DNA from: Candidatus Micrarchaeia archaeon
GTDB taxonomy: Archaea; Micrarchaeota; Micrarchaeia; Micrarchaeales; Micrarchaeaceae
Assembly (NCBI GenBank): GCA_049964795.1
Contig: JBMFWY010000006.1
Location: 1 to 48,864, forward strand
Direction: 5' to 3'
DNA length: 48,864 bases
Part shown: one piece after another, positions 29,960-40,137 of the stretch
Layout: each line of letters begins with the position of its first letter
Numbering within the stretch: position 1 is the first letter of the stretch
Notes under the pieces: model-generated
What the model was told of the DNA's origin: nothing
The model's database searches: none
What the model saw: only the letters and a program-made list of their open reading frames with translations
Translations under genes and position numbers: made by a program

Positions 29960-30997
29960 TCAGAACCATTTGCTTATGCCTTGCTGCTTTCCTTCGGACC
30001 TTTTTTCTGAGAGCTTTTCTACAAATTTTTCCACTCTGTCTTTGCTAAATCCGTGCTCGTCGCAGAGAAAGTTAAGCAGCGCATCGTTTTGCGGCATGCC
30101 TGGAATCAGAGGCTCTTTTGGCTTTTCAACTTCGGGCTTTAGAAAAAGCGCTTCGACTTCGTGGACATCGGTGTCGAATGACAATCCCGTTTTTTCTGCC
30201 GCTTTTGACACTACCTCGTCCAAGGATTTTGAGCCTTTGGCTATTTTAAGAGCAGTAACTGGACCTATACCCTTTATACCTTCATTAAAATCTGTGCCCA
30301 GCATTATGCCTACCCAGATCAGCTGCTCTCTGCTTATACCAAGGGCCGAGAGGGTGTTGGAAAGGGATATCATTTCAGGCTCTACATTAACATATATGTT
30401 TTTCTTTGGCAGCTTTCTCCGCCCGCTTATTGTAAGGTTTCTGACGATTATTGGCGCACCGAAAAGCAGAGTGTCATAATCCTGGCTTGCCGCGGCATAC
30501 GCTTCCCCGATGCTGCAGAGATAGCTTGCTTCTGCTTCACCCTCGCTGGGCGCTGTGAGATACGGCACGCCCATTAAGCTAAGGAGCTTCTTTGAACTCT
30601 CAACTATTTCCTTGTTTATTTTTGTGCTAGCCTGCGCATAGGTGCGAGCTTCCTCGAGCTTGCCTTCTTCTACAGAACGCTTCCATTTTAGCAACGCCTC
30701 ATCCCGTCTGCGCATCCTCGCGTTTATCGTCTTTTGCTTGAGCAGCGAAGGTATTCCGTCGAACACGAATATTGGGTTTATACCTGCGCTGACAAACTCT
30801 ATTGTGCGATAGAAGAGCCCTGACAGGTGGCTTGTTACGTTGCCGTTGGAATCAGTAAGTGGCGAACCGTCAGGCCCCCTTATTATCGACAGAAACTGGT
30901 AAATGGTATTGTAAGCGTCTATTGCTATTGTCTTGCTGGAAAGGGCAGACATTTCTATCTTTTCCCTCAATACAAGTTTGCTAAGGTCTACAGACAA
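29960..30997 (-). CDS. fen: Flap endonuclease 1
   Basis: IAIDAYNTIYQFL, VFDG, APSEGEA, SQDYD, GTDFN, C-terminal PIP box QQGISKWF. Confidence 0.97.
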   Translation of the reverse strand: MSVDLSKLVLREKIEMSALSSKTIAIDAYNTIYQFLSIIRGPDGSPLTDSNGNVTSHLSGLFYRTIEFVSAGINPIFVFDGIPSLLKQKTINARMRRRDEALLKWKRSVEEGKLEEARTYAQASTKINKEIVESSKKLLSLMGVPYLTAPSEGEAEASYLCSIGEAYAAASQDYDTLLFGAPIIVRNLTISGRRKLPKKNIYVNVEPEMISLSNTLSALGISREQLIWVGIMLGTDFNEGIKGIGPVTALKIAKGSKSLDEVVSKAAEKTGLSFDTDVHEVEALFLKPEVEKPKEPLIPGMPQNDALLNFLCDEHGFSKDRVEKFVEKLSEKRSEGKQQGISKWF

Positions 30998-31006
30998 ATA
31001 AGCACC

Positions 31007-31474
31007 TTATTCTTGCTTCTCTATGAAATCCCCTATGCTGGCGTGCTCTTCCTTGTGACTTGCCCTTGAAGGAGAAGAATCTTCTGATACAGAGGTAAGT
31101 TTTATGCCAAGCACCTTTTCAAGCTTCTTGACCAGCTCGGGCGTTGGAAGGGTCTTTTGCTGTTCTACGCGAAGCATGTGGGACTCCTTCTCATTTATCA
31201 TTTCCGCGAGCACGGGCAGCGACAGACCGAGCTTCTCGCGGGCTGATTGTATTCTTTTGCCGTAGTCGTCTGCCAGCTCCGCGGCTTCGGCTTCGCTGGC
31301 TGCCTTGCCGCTTGTCTTATGCGATTGCACTTTTAGCGGGATCGCCGGCTCCTTCATAACTTTCTTTCCTTTTGCGCAAGACGCACAAACGCCGAGTTCT
31401 ACGCCGTCTACTTCTATCACATAAATCTTATCAGTTTTCTTACCACACAATTCGCACTCCTCCATCGCCATCAT
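31007..31474 (-). CDS. Archaeal multiprotein bridging factor aMBF1
   Basis: CELCG...CASC Zn ribbon, Cro-type HTH (AREKLGLS...KLEKVLGIKL), SIGD tail. Confidence 0.9.
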   Translation of the reverse strand: MMAMEECELCGKKTDKIYVIEVDGVELGVCASCAKGKKVMKEPAIPLKVQSHKTSGKAASEAEAAELADDYGKRIQSAREKLGLSLPVLAEMINEKESHMLRVEQQKTLPTPELVKKLEKVLGIKLTSVSEDSSPSRASHKEEHASIGDFIEKQE

Positions 31475-31666
31475 CTATGTTTTGAATGCGCAGGCAAGAT
31501 ATTTATGATTTTATATGCAAACTTCTAGCAATGAATGCTTTGCGCTCGAGACAATAGTGTTAAATTAGTGCAATATTAGAACTTTTGATAGCACAATTTA
31601 CGCTCTGTTTTATTTTGGAGCATGTTCCACTTTGGCGACCGCTATGGCATATAAAAGGTTTGTTTG

Positions 31667-33124
31667 ATGAAGAGGGACAGGGAATTTTTGGTTTATATTC
31701 TTGTAATTGCAGCGTTTGCTTCTCTCGTTGCAATATACTACTCAAGCATAGGCATCGTAAACAAATGGATTTTTGGCATAGGGTCTATGTTTTTCTTTGG
31801 AGTAATAATACAGCAGGTAGGCTCATTCAGTGGAGGCTACGGGCTTTACATGCTTGGAGGTAAAAAAGGAATAAAAAGCATAGATAATATCTCTAAAAAA
31901 GGCGGCAGGTTTTGGGATGATATGGCGCTTTTTGGGCTTGTCTTGGGATTTGGGCTTTTAAGCTATTTCTTTGTAAAGGACAGGAAAAAGCTTTTTGTTG
32001 CAGGGTTGGCGATGATGGTACTCATTTTGCTTTTTGTGCTGCCTTACTTGAGCTATGGAATGCAATTCCTCAACCTTCCGCAGATAAGCGCGGAGTCCTC
32101 TTCCGCGTCAGCTTCAGGTTCCGTGCATGGATTGAGCCTTCTTTCGTACCTGACATATATAGTGACATTTATAACAGGATTTTCGGGATTTACCTTTCTG
32201 CTAATCTGGTATAACGCAGGCCTCATACTCTCCGCTACCTATGCTGTTCTGCTTAGTGCTCTGCAAGGGCATGCGCAGGTTGCACCGCTCGCAAATCAGA
32301 TACCTGGAGTTGCCCCTGTTATACCGGGCATAGACATACCATTGATTGCAGGAGTGATCTCGCTCGCGCTATTATTAGTAATACACGAATTTTCCCACGG
32401 CATACTTGCAAGAAAAGCTAAGATAAAAATAAAGACGCTTGGAGTTCTACTGTTCGGAGTTATACCCATAGGCGCATTTGTCGAGCCGGATGAAAAGGGA
32501 ATTTCAAAACTGGGAAGAATGCCGCAGACCAAGATATTTGCTGCTGGCATTGCTTCAAACTTTGTGGCAATGCTTATATTTTTCGCCATAATGGTTCCTT
32601 TTATCGCATTTGTACTCCCAAACTTGTATCACACAAGCGTGTTTATACAAGGCACCATTTCAGGCTATCCTGCCAACGGTGTGCTAAAAACGGGCATGCA
32701 AATACTTGAATGGAATGGATATAAGATAGAGAATTTGAGCAGCTTTTCAATCGCGGCTGCAGGCGACAAGCCGGGATCCTTGGTCAATGTGGTCACTAAC
32801 ACAGGCGCTTACAAGTTTACTGCGATAGCACCAAACAGCAGCTCCAAAAGGGGCTTGATAGGGGTAGAGGTATATCAAAAGAACATACCGGTAAATAACA
32901 GCGCATACACGCATTTTATGCTGTTTTTGTATTCTGTTATCGCATTGAGCTTTATGCTTAACTTTCTTGTGGCTGTTGTAAATTTGCTCCCCATACCAGG
33001 ATTTGACGGATGGAGGATTTACAAGGTCAACGTAAAGCATGACAATCTTATAAAAGTGCTTGTGGCTATGCTTTTGATAGGCTTGCTGCTCAACGCACTT
33101 CCTTGGATCCCTATACTTGCATGA
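31667..33124 (+). CDS. Site-2 protease (M50 family) with PDZ-like domain
   Basis: HEFSHG, GAFVEPD, AGIASN, NLLPIPGFDG. Confidence 0.93.
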   Translation: MKRDREFLVYILVIAAFASLVAIYYSSIGIVNKWIFGIGSMFFFGVIIQQVGSFSGGYGLYMLGGKKGIKSIDNISKKGGRFWDDMALFGLVLGFGLLSYFFVKDRKKLFVAGLAMMVLILLFVLPYLSYGMQFLNLPQISAESSSASASGSVHGLSLLSYLTYIVTFITGFSGFTFLLIWYNAGLILSATYAVLLSALQGHAQVAPLANQIPGVAPVIPGIDIPLIAGVISLALLLVIHEFSHGILARKAKIKIKTLGVLLFGVIPIGAFVEPDEKGISKLGRMPQTKIFAAGIASNFVAMLIFFAIMVPFIAFVLPNLYHTSVFIQGTISGYPANGVLKTGMQILEWNGYKIENLSSFSIAAAGDKPGSLVNVVTNTGAYKFTAIAPNSSSKRGLIGVEVYQKNIPVNNSAYTHFMLFLYSVIALSFMLNFLVAVVNLLPIPGFDGWRIYKVNVKHDNLIKVLVAMLLIGLLLNALPWIPILA

Positions 33125-33150
33125 TATGCAATGATTTTGCAAGCGCTGCT

Positions 33151-33906
33151 TTATTTTTGGCTTTCGGCAAACTTGCGGAGCTCGCCTATCTTTCCGAAGC
33201 TCAAAGTCGACCCGTACCCTACAGCTATCGCCTCCATCGCATCTACATCTACATACCGAAAAATAGGGGCAAGAAGCTCTGACCTTGGCACTATGTTCAT
33301 CGCGTTGCCTGGCGAATAATAGCTCATTGCGGGCAAAACCAAGAGGGGAAAATTTTTGTAACTGCCGAGCAGAAAGCACCTGACCTTCTCTGCTTTGCCT
33401 GCATCCGTATATATAGTTATCGCAGGATGCTCGTGGCCCATTACCAGCATTTTTGTGGATTTTGGTATGCTGCGGGGAAGCTCTTCGCCGTGCATAAAAA
33501 AATAGCCGCCGTATTCATGCTGCTGCCTGTATACTTGAAATTTGAAGGCGTCGCGGTATCTCTCCACAAAATTGTCATGATTTCCTTTTATCAGAACAAG
33601 CGAAACATTCTTTTCCGATACAAAATGGATAAACTCATATAATTCATTGAACTCCTCTGTATCAACACCTGAAAATTCGTTTTTGATGTCTCCATCTACT
33701 ATTATGTGGGAGGCGCCCGTTGAAGCTATTGCGGAGTCGATCATCGATTCTATGCTCTTCAAATTTGCCTTTGGGAGGAGAACACCATTCTTGGATATGA
33801 CGCCCTCATAGCCAAGGTGCAAATCGGTGCAAACTATTGCATCGATGCTTTTGATGTGCGCAATAGGCATGCCGTCAAGGAGTTCCACGTCGCTGTTAAG
33901 CCTCAA
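33151..33906 (-). CDS. Lhr-associated metallophosphoesterase
   Basis: DLHLGYE, GD, GNHD, HG, GHEHP motifs; abuts the Lhr stop. Confidence 0.9.
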   Translation of the reverse strand: MRLNSDVELLDGMPIAHIKSIDAIVCTDLHLGYEGVISKNGVLLPKANLKSIESMIDSAIASTGASHIIVDGDIKNEFSGVDTEEFNELYEFIHFVSEKNVSLVLIKGNHDNFVERYRDAFKFQVYRQQHEYGGYFFMHGEELPRSIPKSTKMLVMGHEHPAITIYTDAGKAEKVRCFLLGSYKNFPLLVLPAMSYYSPGNAMNIVPRSELLAPIFRYVDVDAMEAIAVGYGSTLSFGKIGELRKFAESQK

Positions 33907-36663
33907 CTACACACCTTTTATTGGCTTGCCAGCCGCCTTGTGCCTCTTTGGCGCGGCTGCATGTTTTGGCGCGCCTTTTTCTGCCCCTATCTTCTTAAGA
34001 ACCATCTTGTGAAGGTATTGCAGATATTCCTGCTTTCCTTTAAGCGATAGGACATCGGCTTCGCCAAAGGTTAGAAGTATGTGCGCAAACGGGGAAGGTG
34101 ATGAAGTCCTTATGAAAGAGTATTTCAGCGTGCCTTCCCTTATTCTCTTCAGCACTTCTTCGGCTCTTGATATATCCATCACGTCGTATAATATCTCCCT
34201 GTAAGTTTCGCTTATTATTGGAAAGTTAGGGTCGATCTCTTCGGAAGCGGCGAGCAGCATTTGCGAGTTTACTTGTTGCTTGCCTATTGGTATCTTCCAC
34301 CCTTTATAATTGCGAAGTATCATAAAGCCGCGGGAAGCCACCTGCCTGAATTTTCTTTTCATAAGCTCGGTGCGGCGTATGTTCGATTTTAGCAATTCTA
34401 GGATACTTTTTGAATACAAAGCCCTTATGGCTGCGCCTATTTCCCTTTCTGATATATGCGAATCCTTGCTTATAGTAAAGACAAAGCCGTTATCGGAGAT
34501 TGTTAGGCCTATCTCCTCGTCAAGCATGTCGCTAAGCTGTATTGCAAAAAGCCTTGAGAGAGCATCATTTGTCCTTCTGCCGTACAGGGAATGGAATATG
34601 ATATATCTCTTGTCATTGTAAGGGTCAAAGGTTTCTTCTATAAGCAGCTCCCTGTAATTTGGTATATGTGAAGTGTAAGCATATTGCTCGAAAAAGTAGT
34701 TGTATATTGCAATCTTCGAGTTATAATCTATGGGCAGCTCCGACAATATTTTATCCACTTTTTCCGGAAGCGCATTGCGCTTGGCCGTTTGCTTCGCTTT
34801 TGATTTCTTGGCACTTTCGCCCGAGCTGCTTTCTATTGCCTCTGCTATCTCCCTTCTAAAAGAGCCAATCGCATCCGCGAGCTCAAAGCTCAGCGGCAAT
34901 CGCTCTGAATACCAAGGAGGAATTGTTGGCACCGAGGTATCAGCAGGGGAGACATAGCAGCGCATGCCGCGCGAGTACTCGAATTTGTAGAGCTTTCCGC
35001 CTAGCGTGAAGATATCTCCCGGCTTGAGCCTCGTCATGAATTCCTCCTCTATGTTGCCTACCCACTTTTTTCCGGCCGTAAAAACGCCTACCGAAACGTC
35101 GTCAGGTATAGTACCTACATTCAGCATATAGATTATTTTTGCATACTTTCCACGCCTGCCAAACATACCTTCTTTTTCATCATACCAGATTTTTCCATAG
35201 ACGCGCCTGCTTTCCAAGCCCACGTAGTGTCCTGCCAGGTAATCAAGCAAAGATATGAACTGCGGCTTTGAAAGGTCATGGTAAGCGTATGCACGCCGCA
35301 CAACTGCAAGCGCTTCTTCTATGCCCCATTTTCTGTTAAGAGACATGCCTACAATATGCTGCGCCAACACGTCCAAAGGCTGCTTCGGAACAGAGAATGA
35401 ATCAAGCTTTCTTTTGAGTGCGGAATCGAGCATTATGGAGCATTCTATTAGATCATCTCTGTTTGTCACTATCATCTCGCCTTTTGCTATGGACTTGAAT
35501 GAATGGCCGGCTCTGCCAATCCTCTGTATTGCGCGCGTTATGCTCTTTGGAGAGCCAAGCTGCACCACATTGTCTATATAGCCTATGTCAACTCCTAGCT
35601 CCAGGCTTGTAGAGGTGACAGCGCATTTCAGCGAGCCAAGCTTTAGCATTTCTTCTACTTCCAGCCTGTGCTCACGCGAAAGAGAGCTGTGATGAGCTGC
35701 TATATCCTCATCAGCATACTTGAAGCGCTTCTTGAGGTTAAATATTACTCTTTCAGTCCCGCTTCTCGTATTTGTAAAAACAAGTGTCGTCCTGCTGCTC
35801 CTTATTATTTTGTCTATTTCTGAATAGATTGCGTTTTCAATTTTCGAGTCCTGTGTATAGATCATGTCTTTTACAGGGCTTATCACTTTTGCCTCTATTC
35901 TTTTGCTCCATGACGCATCGACTATTGAGCACTGCCGCAACTCCCCGTTTTTGTCGTAGCCTACAAGGAATTTGGCCGCCTCCTCCATAGGATATAAAGT
36001 AGCACCCATGCCAATCCTTTGGAAATCTTTACCTGTCAAATCGGCAAGCCTTTCCAAAGATAGGGAAAGGTGAACGCCGCGCTTGTTGTTTGCGAGTTCG
36101 TGGAGCTCGTCTATTATTACATAATTCAAGCCTCTTAAGTTTTCCATGAACTTTTCAGAATTTAGAATTATGGAAATGCTTTCTGGAGTTGTTATCAAAA
36201 TATTTGGAGGGTGCACAAGCATCTTGTGCCTCTCGTTCTGCGGCGTGTCGCCAGTTCTTACGGCTATGGAAACCTTCCTTATGTTGCCTTTTATTATATC
36301 GCCCTTCTTTTCTTCCTTTATCATCTCATATATTTCGTCAAGAGGCTTAGAAAGATTCCTGTACACATCGTTATTAAGCGCGCGGAGAGGCGATATGTAT
36401 ATACAGTACACCTTTTCCTCTAGCTTGCCGGAGAGGGAGAGATCGAAAAGCTTGCTTACTATGGACAAAAACGCACTGAGGGTTTTGCCGCTTCCTGTTG
36501 GAGCAGTTATAAGCGCGTTCTTGCCTTCGCTGATAAGCTTAAAAGCAAATTTTTGTGGGGGCGTAAGCTCGTTGAAATTCTTTTCAAACCATTTGCGCAC
36601 AAAACCGTTTAGCACGCCAAGGCTTTCTTCATCGCTAAAAGGGGTGTCCAAGTTTTCTATCAT
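33907..36663 (-). CDS. lhr: Lhr-family SF2 helicase
   Basis: APTGSGKT, YISPLRALNND, DELH, SLELGVDIG, QRIGRAGH, GTIPD. Confidence 0.94.
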   Translation of the reverse strand: MIENLDTPFSDEESLGVLNGFVRKWFEKNFNELTPPQKFAFKLISEGKNALITAPTGSGKTLSAFLSIVSKLFDLSLSGKLEEKVYCIYISPLRALNNDVYRNLSKPLDEIYEMIKEEKKGDIIKGNIRKVSIAVRTGDTPQNERHKMLVHPPNILITTPESISIILNSEKFMENLRGLNYVIIDELHELANNKRGVHLSLSLERLADLTGKDFQRIGMGATLYPMEEAAKFLVGYDKNGELRQCSIVDASWSKRIEAKVISPVKDMIYTQDSKIENAIYSEIDKIIRSSRTTLVFTNTRSGTERVIFNLKKRFKYADEDIAAHHSSLSREHRLEVEEMLKLGSLKCAVTSTSLELGVDIGYIDNVVQLGSPKSITRAIQRIGRAGHSFKSIAKGEMIVTNRDDLIECSIMLDSALKRKLDSFSVPKQPLDVLAQHIVGMSLNRKWGIEEALAVVRRAYAYHDLSKPQFISLLDYLAGHYVGLESRRVYGKIWYDEKEGMFGRRGKYAKIIYMLNVGTIPDDVSVGVFTAGKKWVGNIEEEFMTRLKPGDIFTLGGKLYKFEYSRGMRCYVSPADTSVPTIPPWYSERLPLSFELADAIGSFRREIAEAIESSSGESAKKSKAKQTAKRNALPEKVDKILSELPIDYNSKIAIYNYFFEQYAYTSHIPNYRELLIEETFDPYNDKRYIIFHSLYGRRTNDALSRLFAIQLSDMLDEEIGLTISDNGFVFTISKDSHISEREIGAAIRALYSKSILELLKSNIRRTELMKRKFRQVASRGFMILRNYKGWKIPIGKQQVNSQMLLAASEEIDPNFPIISETYREILYDVMDISRAEEVLKRIREGTLKYSFIRTSSPSPFAHILLTFGEADVLSLKGKQEYLQYLHKMVLKKIGAEKGAPKHAAAPKRHKAAGKPIKGV

Positions 36664-36811
36664 TTTAACACTCAATAGTATTCGCCAACAAATCGCAATG
36701 TTGTCATGCTGGCAACGCAGCTCCCAGACTTCGGCGAAGGGAAGGAGGAAAGCTTCTGCAGCAATAATAATTAGTCTCAAAATAATAAATAATTAAGCCA
36801 AAATATATGGA

Positions 36812-36848
36812 AAGAAAAAACAGAAGCACCGCGCAAGCATTGCGGTGC
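36812..36848 (-). terminator. Hairpin plus T-tract terminator downstream of the ferredoxin gene
   Basis: GCACCGC/GCGGTGC 7-bp stem followed on the minus strand by TTCTGTTTTTTCTTT. Confidence 0.55.
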
Positions 36849-36871
36849 CAAAAGGTCGCACTTCTGAATTT

Positions 36872-37210
36872 TTACTTGTATATTGACTGATACTTAGTAC
36901 CCGCGTCGTCTATTATGGTAATGCATTCCCCTTCGCATTCTATTAGGCAAGCCTGGCAGAGTATGCAGGCTTCTCCGTTAACCGCAACGGACTTCTCCTT
37001 GTAGTGATTGTGCCCGTCATTTACGCCGTTCCATTTCTGGTATAACGCAGGATCGTTCTGGCCCTTCCATTGCGCTTCAGGCGGAGCGACATCGGCGTTT
37101 ATCTTTTCTGCTGGCGCATCTATTGGCACCATCTCGAATACGCTTACAGGGCACACATCATGGCAATGTGCACAGCCTGTGCATTTGGGCTTGTCAACAT
37201 ACACTTTCAT
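36872..37210 (-). CDS. Dicluster 4Fe-4S ferredoxin
   Basis: CTGCAHCHDVCP and CILCQACLIEC motifs. Confidence 0.9.
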   Translation of the reverse strand: MKVYVDKPKCTGCAHCHDVCPVSVFEMVPIDAPAEKINADVAPPEAQWKGQNDPALYQKWNGVNDGHNHYKEKSVAVNGEACILCQACLIECEGECITIIDDAGTKYQSIYK

Positions 37211-37310
37211 TTTACCTACCCTTTTTTAAGCGCAAATCTAAACAATGGTAATATATTTATAATTTTATCGTAGCGCTTTTTACAGCACTCTAACTATTGC
37301 TTTTGCGGCA

Positions 37311-37964
37311 TCAAGACTGCTCGATGTTTTTCATGCTGAGCATGTTTTCTATTGCCTTGTAAACCGCCATAAGCGTGTTATATCTCGCTTTTGTATGACC
37401 TCTAGAAGAGCTCCAGATATCTTTTACCCCTGCGAGAACAAGCATCTTCTTGATGGGAGCGCTTGCGACAACTCCCGTACCCCTAGGTGCAGGCTTAAGC
37501 TCGACATCCACTCCACCACTCCTTCCTTTGACTGCAAATGGTATGCTGTGCTGCGTTCCACAGTTGCACTGCCAAGAGCCGCAGCCGAGCATTATTGGGA
37601 TAATATTCTTCTTTGCGTCTTTTATGGCACTTTCTATGGCAGCCTTCACTTCGGCATCCTTGCCGGAGCCAACGCCTACATGCCCGTTGGAATCGCCTAC
37701 TATTGCAGTAACCCTGAATTTTTGCTTCCTGCTGTTCTTTGTCATCCTTTGGACGCTCTCTATCTCTATTACTTCATTTTTGAGATTTGGCAAAAGCGCA
37801 TCGACTATCTCTGTCTCCTCTATCTTTTTACCCATTGCAAATATCTGCTCTATAGAGGTAACTTCATGCGCTTTCACTTTTTTGCCTAGATCGGTAAGTG
37901 GTACCCACGCTTCAACATTGAACGGCACGCTTTGCTCTGCTTCTCTTTTCCTGTTGTTCAACAA
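37311..37964 (-). CDS. rps5: 30S ribosomal protein uS5
   Basis: WVPLTDLGKKV, VQRMT, GCGSW, PAPRGTG. Confidence 0.96.
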   Translation of the reverse strand: MLNNRKREAEQSVPFNVEAWVPLTDLGKKVKAHEVTSIEQIFAMGKKIEETEIVDALLPNLKNEVIEIESVQRMTKNSRKQKFRVTAIVGDSNGHVGVGSGKDAEVKAAIESAIKDAKKNIIPIMLGCGSWQCNCGTQHSIPFAVKGRSGGVDVELKPAPRGTGVVASAPIKKMLVLAGVKDIWSSSRGHTKARYNTLMAVYKAIENMLSMKNIEQS

Positions 37965-37965
37965 A

Positions 37966-38517
37966 TCACTTTGAGACTATCTTCTTTTTAACTTCTTCAA
38001 ATATCTGTCCGACTTTTGAAACATCAAAGCCCGACTTCTTATATGATGAAAACTGTTTTGAGTCCAAGCTTGCAGACTTAGCATATTCGCTTATATGCGA
38101 GCCGGCAAGCCGGGCAGGATCGACTTCAAAAGAGCCTCTTATATTGAGGCCGTTGTCCAGGCAACCCTTTGCCGCTGAAAACGCCAACGATGATTTCATA
38201 GGCTTGGAGATTCCTATATCAAGTATGCACTCCTTTAACCCGAGAGGCTTTGCTTTCTGGGCAAGCAAATAGCCGGTAAGGTAGGCAGTTGGTACGTTTG
38301 CTCTTGGCTCCCAGCCCATCTGCTTGAGCTCGGAAGAGCGTGCAGATGTGAGCACAATGTCACCCTTTTGGTCAAACCTTGCTACTTGCATAGTTATAGC
38401 TCTATTGCTCTTTCTTATCACAACGCGATCCAAGCCACTCTTAAGCAGTTTTATCCTGCGCTTGTAATTTGTAAGCGCAGACTTCCTTCTTTTTTTGATA
38501 AGCTTTATTCCTGCCAT
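37966..38517 (-). CDS. rpl18: 50S ribosomal protein uL18
   Basis: RR...TNYKRRIKLL, NVPTAYLTG, LDIG. Confidence 0.95.
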   Translation of the reverse strand: MAGIKLIKKRRKSALTNYKRRIKLLKSGLDRVVIRKSNRAITMQVARFDQKGDIVLTSARSSELKQMGWEPRANVPTAYLTGYLLAQKAKPLGLKECILDIGISKPMKSSLAFSAAKGCLDNGLNIRGSFEVDPARLAGSHISEYAKSASLDSKQFSSYKKSGFDVSKVGQIFEEVKKKIVSK

Positions 38518-38530
38518 TTTACCATTCCAT

Positions 38531-39004
38531 TTACAGATGCCTCAACTTTTCAAATTTTGCATCGTCTATGCTTACTCCTATACTCCTTATGTGGTTAAGC
38601 AGCGTAACTTTGCTTGCAAATGTTCCTCCCTTGACTAGCGCATAAAGTTTCTTGAATGTGCTATTGTCTATAGTGCCCTCACTCTTCAGAGCCTTGAGTA
38701 TGCGCCTCTGGCCTCTAACTCTTTTTGGATAGGTTATGCCTGTGCGCGCCTTGTAGGTGCCGCGCCTGTTTCCAGGACCTCTGGACCTACCCTCGCTTCT
38801 TTTCTCCTGCAGAAGCTTTCCATATATGCTGATGTTCTTCTTTTCCTTTATAGCGTATACGCTGCCCTTCCTTATAAGCTCCCGAACATCTTCTTTTGTC
38901 AGCGCTTTTTTAGCGTCGGCAATTGCATCGGGCTTTATCCTTATTGCACTTTCTCCCCTGTTCATTATATAGGAAGCGGCCCTTTTTACAAACTTAACAC
39001 TCAT
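38531..39004 (-). CDS. rpl19e: 50S ribosomal protein eL19
   Basis: KRAAS, GRSRGPGNRRGTYKAR, KGGTF; operon position. Confidence 0.94.
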   Translation of the reverse strand: MSVKFVKRAASYIMNRGESAIRIKPDAIADAKKALTKEDVRELIRKGSVYAIKEKKNISIYGKLLQEKRSEGRSRGPGNRRGTYKARTGITYPKRVRGQRRILKALKSEGTIDNSTFKKLYALVKGGTFASKVTLLNHIRSIGVSIDDAKFEKLRHL

Positions 39005-39366
39005 TTCCTAGCACCGTTAGTAACATTAAACCCTTGCGAAGTTGCAAGGCTTGTAAATTCTATCCTCTTTTTCCTGCCAATCGGACCCGACAGCATAAGG
39101 TCTACCTCGCTCTTTGCATACAAGGATATTGCAGACCTCAGCTCCTCCATGTTGTGGATAAGCACCACCTTCTTTCCGTTTGCACGAATCCCTGAGATGG
39201 AAGAGGGGTTTTTGTATCCTATGGTCGGCTCTGCCCCTGCAAAGGCTTTCTTCACTCTTTTCTTGCTGTCTTGGCCGATCTGTTTCCTCCAGCGGTCTTT
39301 TACCCTGCTCCTGTGCTTCGTTCCGTAATTTGGAATATTGAATTTTGGATGCTTCTTTTTTATCAT
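39001..39366 (-). CDS. rpl32e: 50S ribosomal protein eL32
   Basis: PKF...WRKQIGQDSK, PTIGY; lies between uL6 and eL19. Confidence 0.9.
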   Translation of the reverse strand: MIKKKHPKFNIPNYGTKHRSRVKDRWRKQIGQDSKKRVKKAFAGAEPTIGYKNPSSISGIRANGKKVVLIHNMEELRSAISLYAKSEVDLMLSGPIGRKKRIEFTSLATSQGFNVTNGARK

Positions 39367-39385
39367 AAATTTCACTTTTTGTCTT

Positions 39386-39994
39386 TCACTCCAACGCGTA
39401 ATAAACACCGTCTTGGAAAACGCGATCATCCTTGTTCACAATCTTGCATGCTTGCCGTATGTTTGCAGCGGTCTGCGATACATCGTCCAGTTTTGTGCCG
39501 TAAAGCCTGACATTTTTGTCCTTTATCTCAACTTTTGTTGAGCCTACAATCTTGGCTGTCCTGGGCTTCCTCTCGCCGAAAAGATTCTTTATTGTGAATA
39601 TGCCGTTCTTGGCTTCTAGGTTTACAGGAAAATGCATAAAAACGGTTTCCATGCGTATCTCAAAATAGCTTCTTACGCCATTGATATCGTTTTGCAGTTC
39701 CTTCGCGAGCGAGCCTACCGCATAAGAGGACTTTTTAGCCAGATTCTTGATTTTTGAAGAATCTATCCTCAACTTTTTGCCATCCTTTGAGACCGAGACA
39801 AGAGAAGTGTTGAAATGGCGGGAATTTGTGCCCAACGGCCCCGTTACCTTTATCTCGTCGCCGTTTATCTGCACTTCTACTCCCTCCGGCACCTCTACTT
39901 CTTCATGCGCTTCAGGCAGCTTTTTTGCTTTGCTGGCGCTTGCGCTATCTTTGGCTTTTTCTCCCGCGCCTTTGCCAGCCACATTGCTCTCCAT
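39386..39994 (-). CDS. rpl6: 50S ribosomal protein uL6
   Basis: VPEGV, GPLG, HFP, NLFGE, QTAANI, DDRVFQDGVY. Confidence 0.95.
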   Translation of the reverse strand: MESNVAGKGAGEKAKDSASASKAKKLPEAHEEVEVPEGVEVQINGDEIKVTGPLGTNSRHFNTSLVSVSKDGKKLRIDSSKIKNLAKKSSYAVGSLAKELQNDINGVRSYFEIRMETVFMHFPVNLEAKNGIFTIKNLFGERKPRTAKIVGSTKVEIKDKNVRLYGTKLDDVSQTAANIRQACKIVNKDDRVFQDGVYYALE

Positions 39995-40137
39995 ATATAT
40001 CATTTATTGCTTTGGGATAAATGCAATTCTTGGCGAGACCATATCCCGCCTTCCTCTACTCTGCGCGCTCATGCCATTGTGCAACGCAATGCATGCGTGC
40101 CTAATATTTAATATGCTCAAGTATATATGCTCAATGC

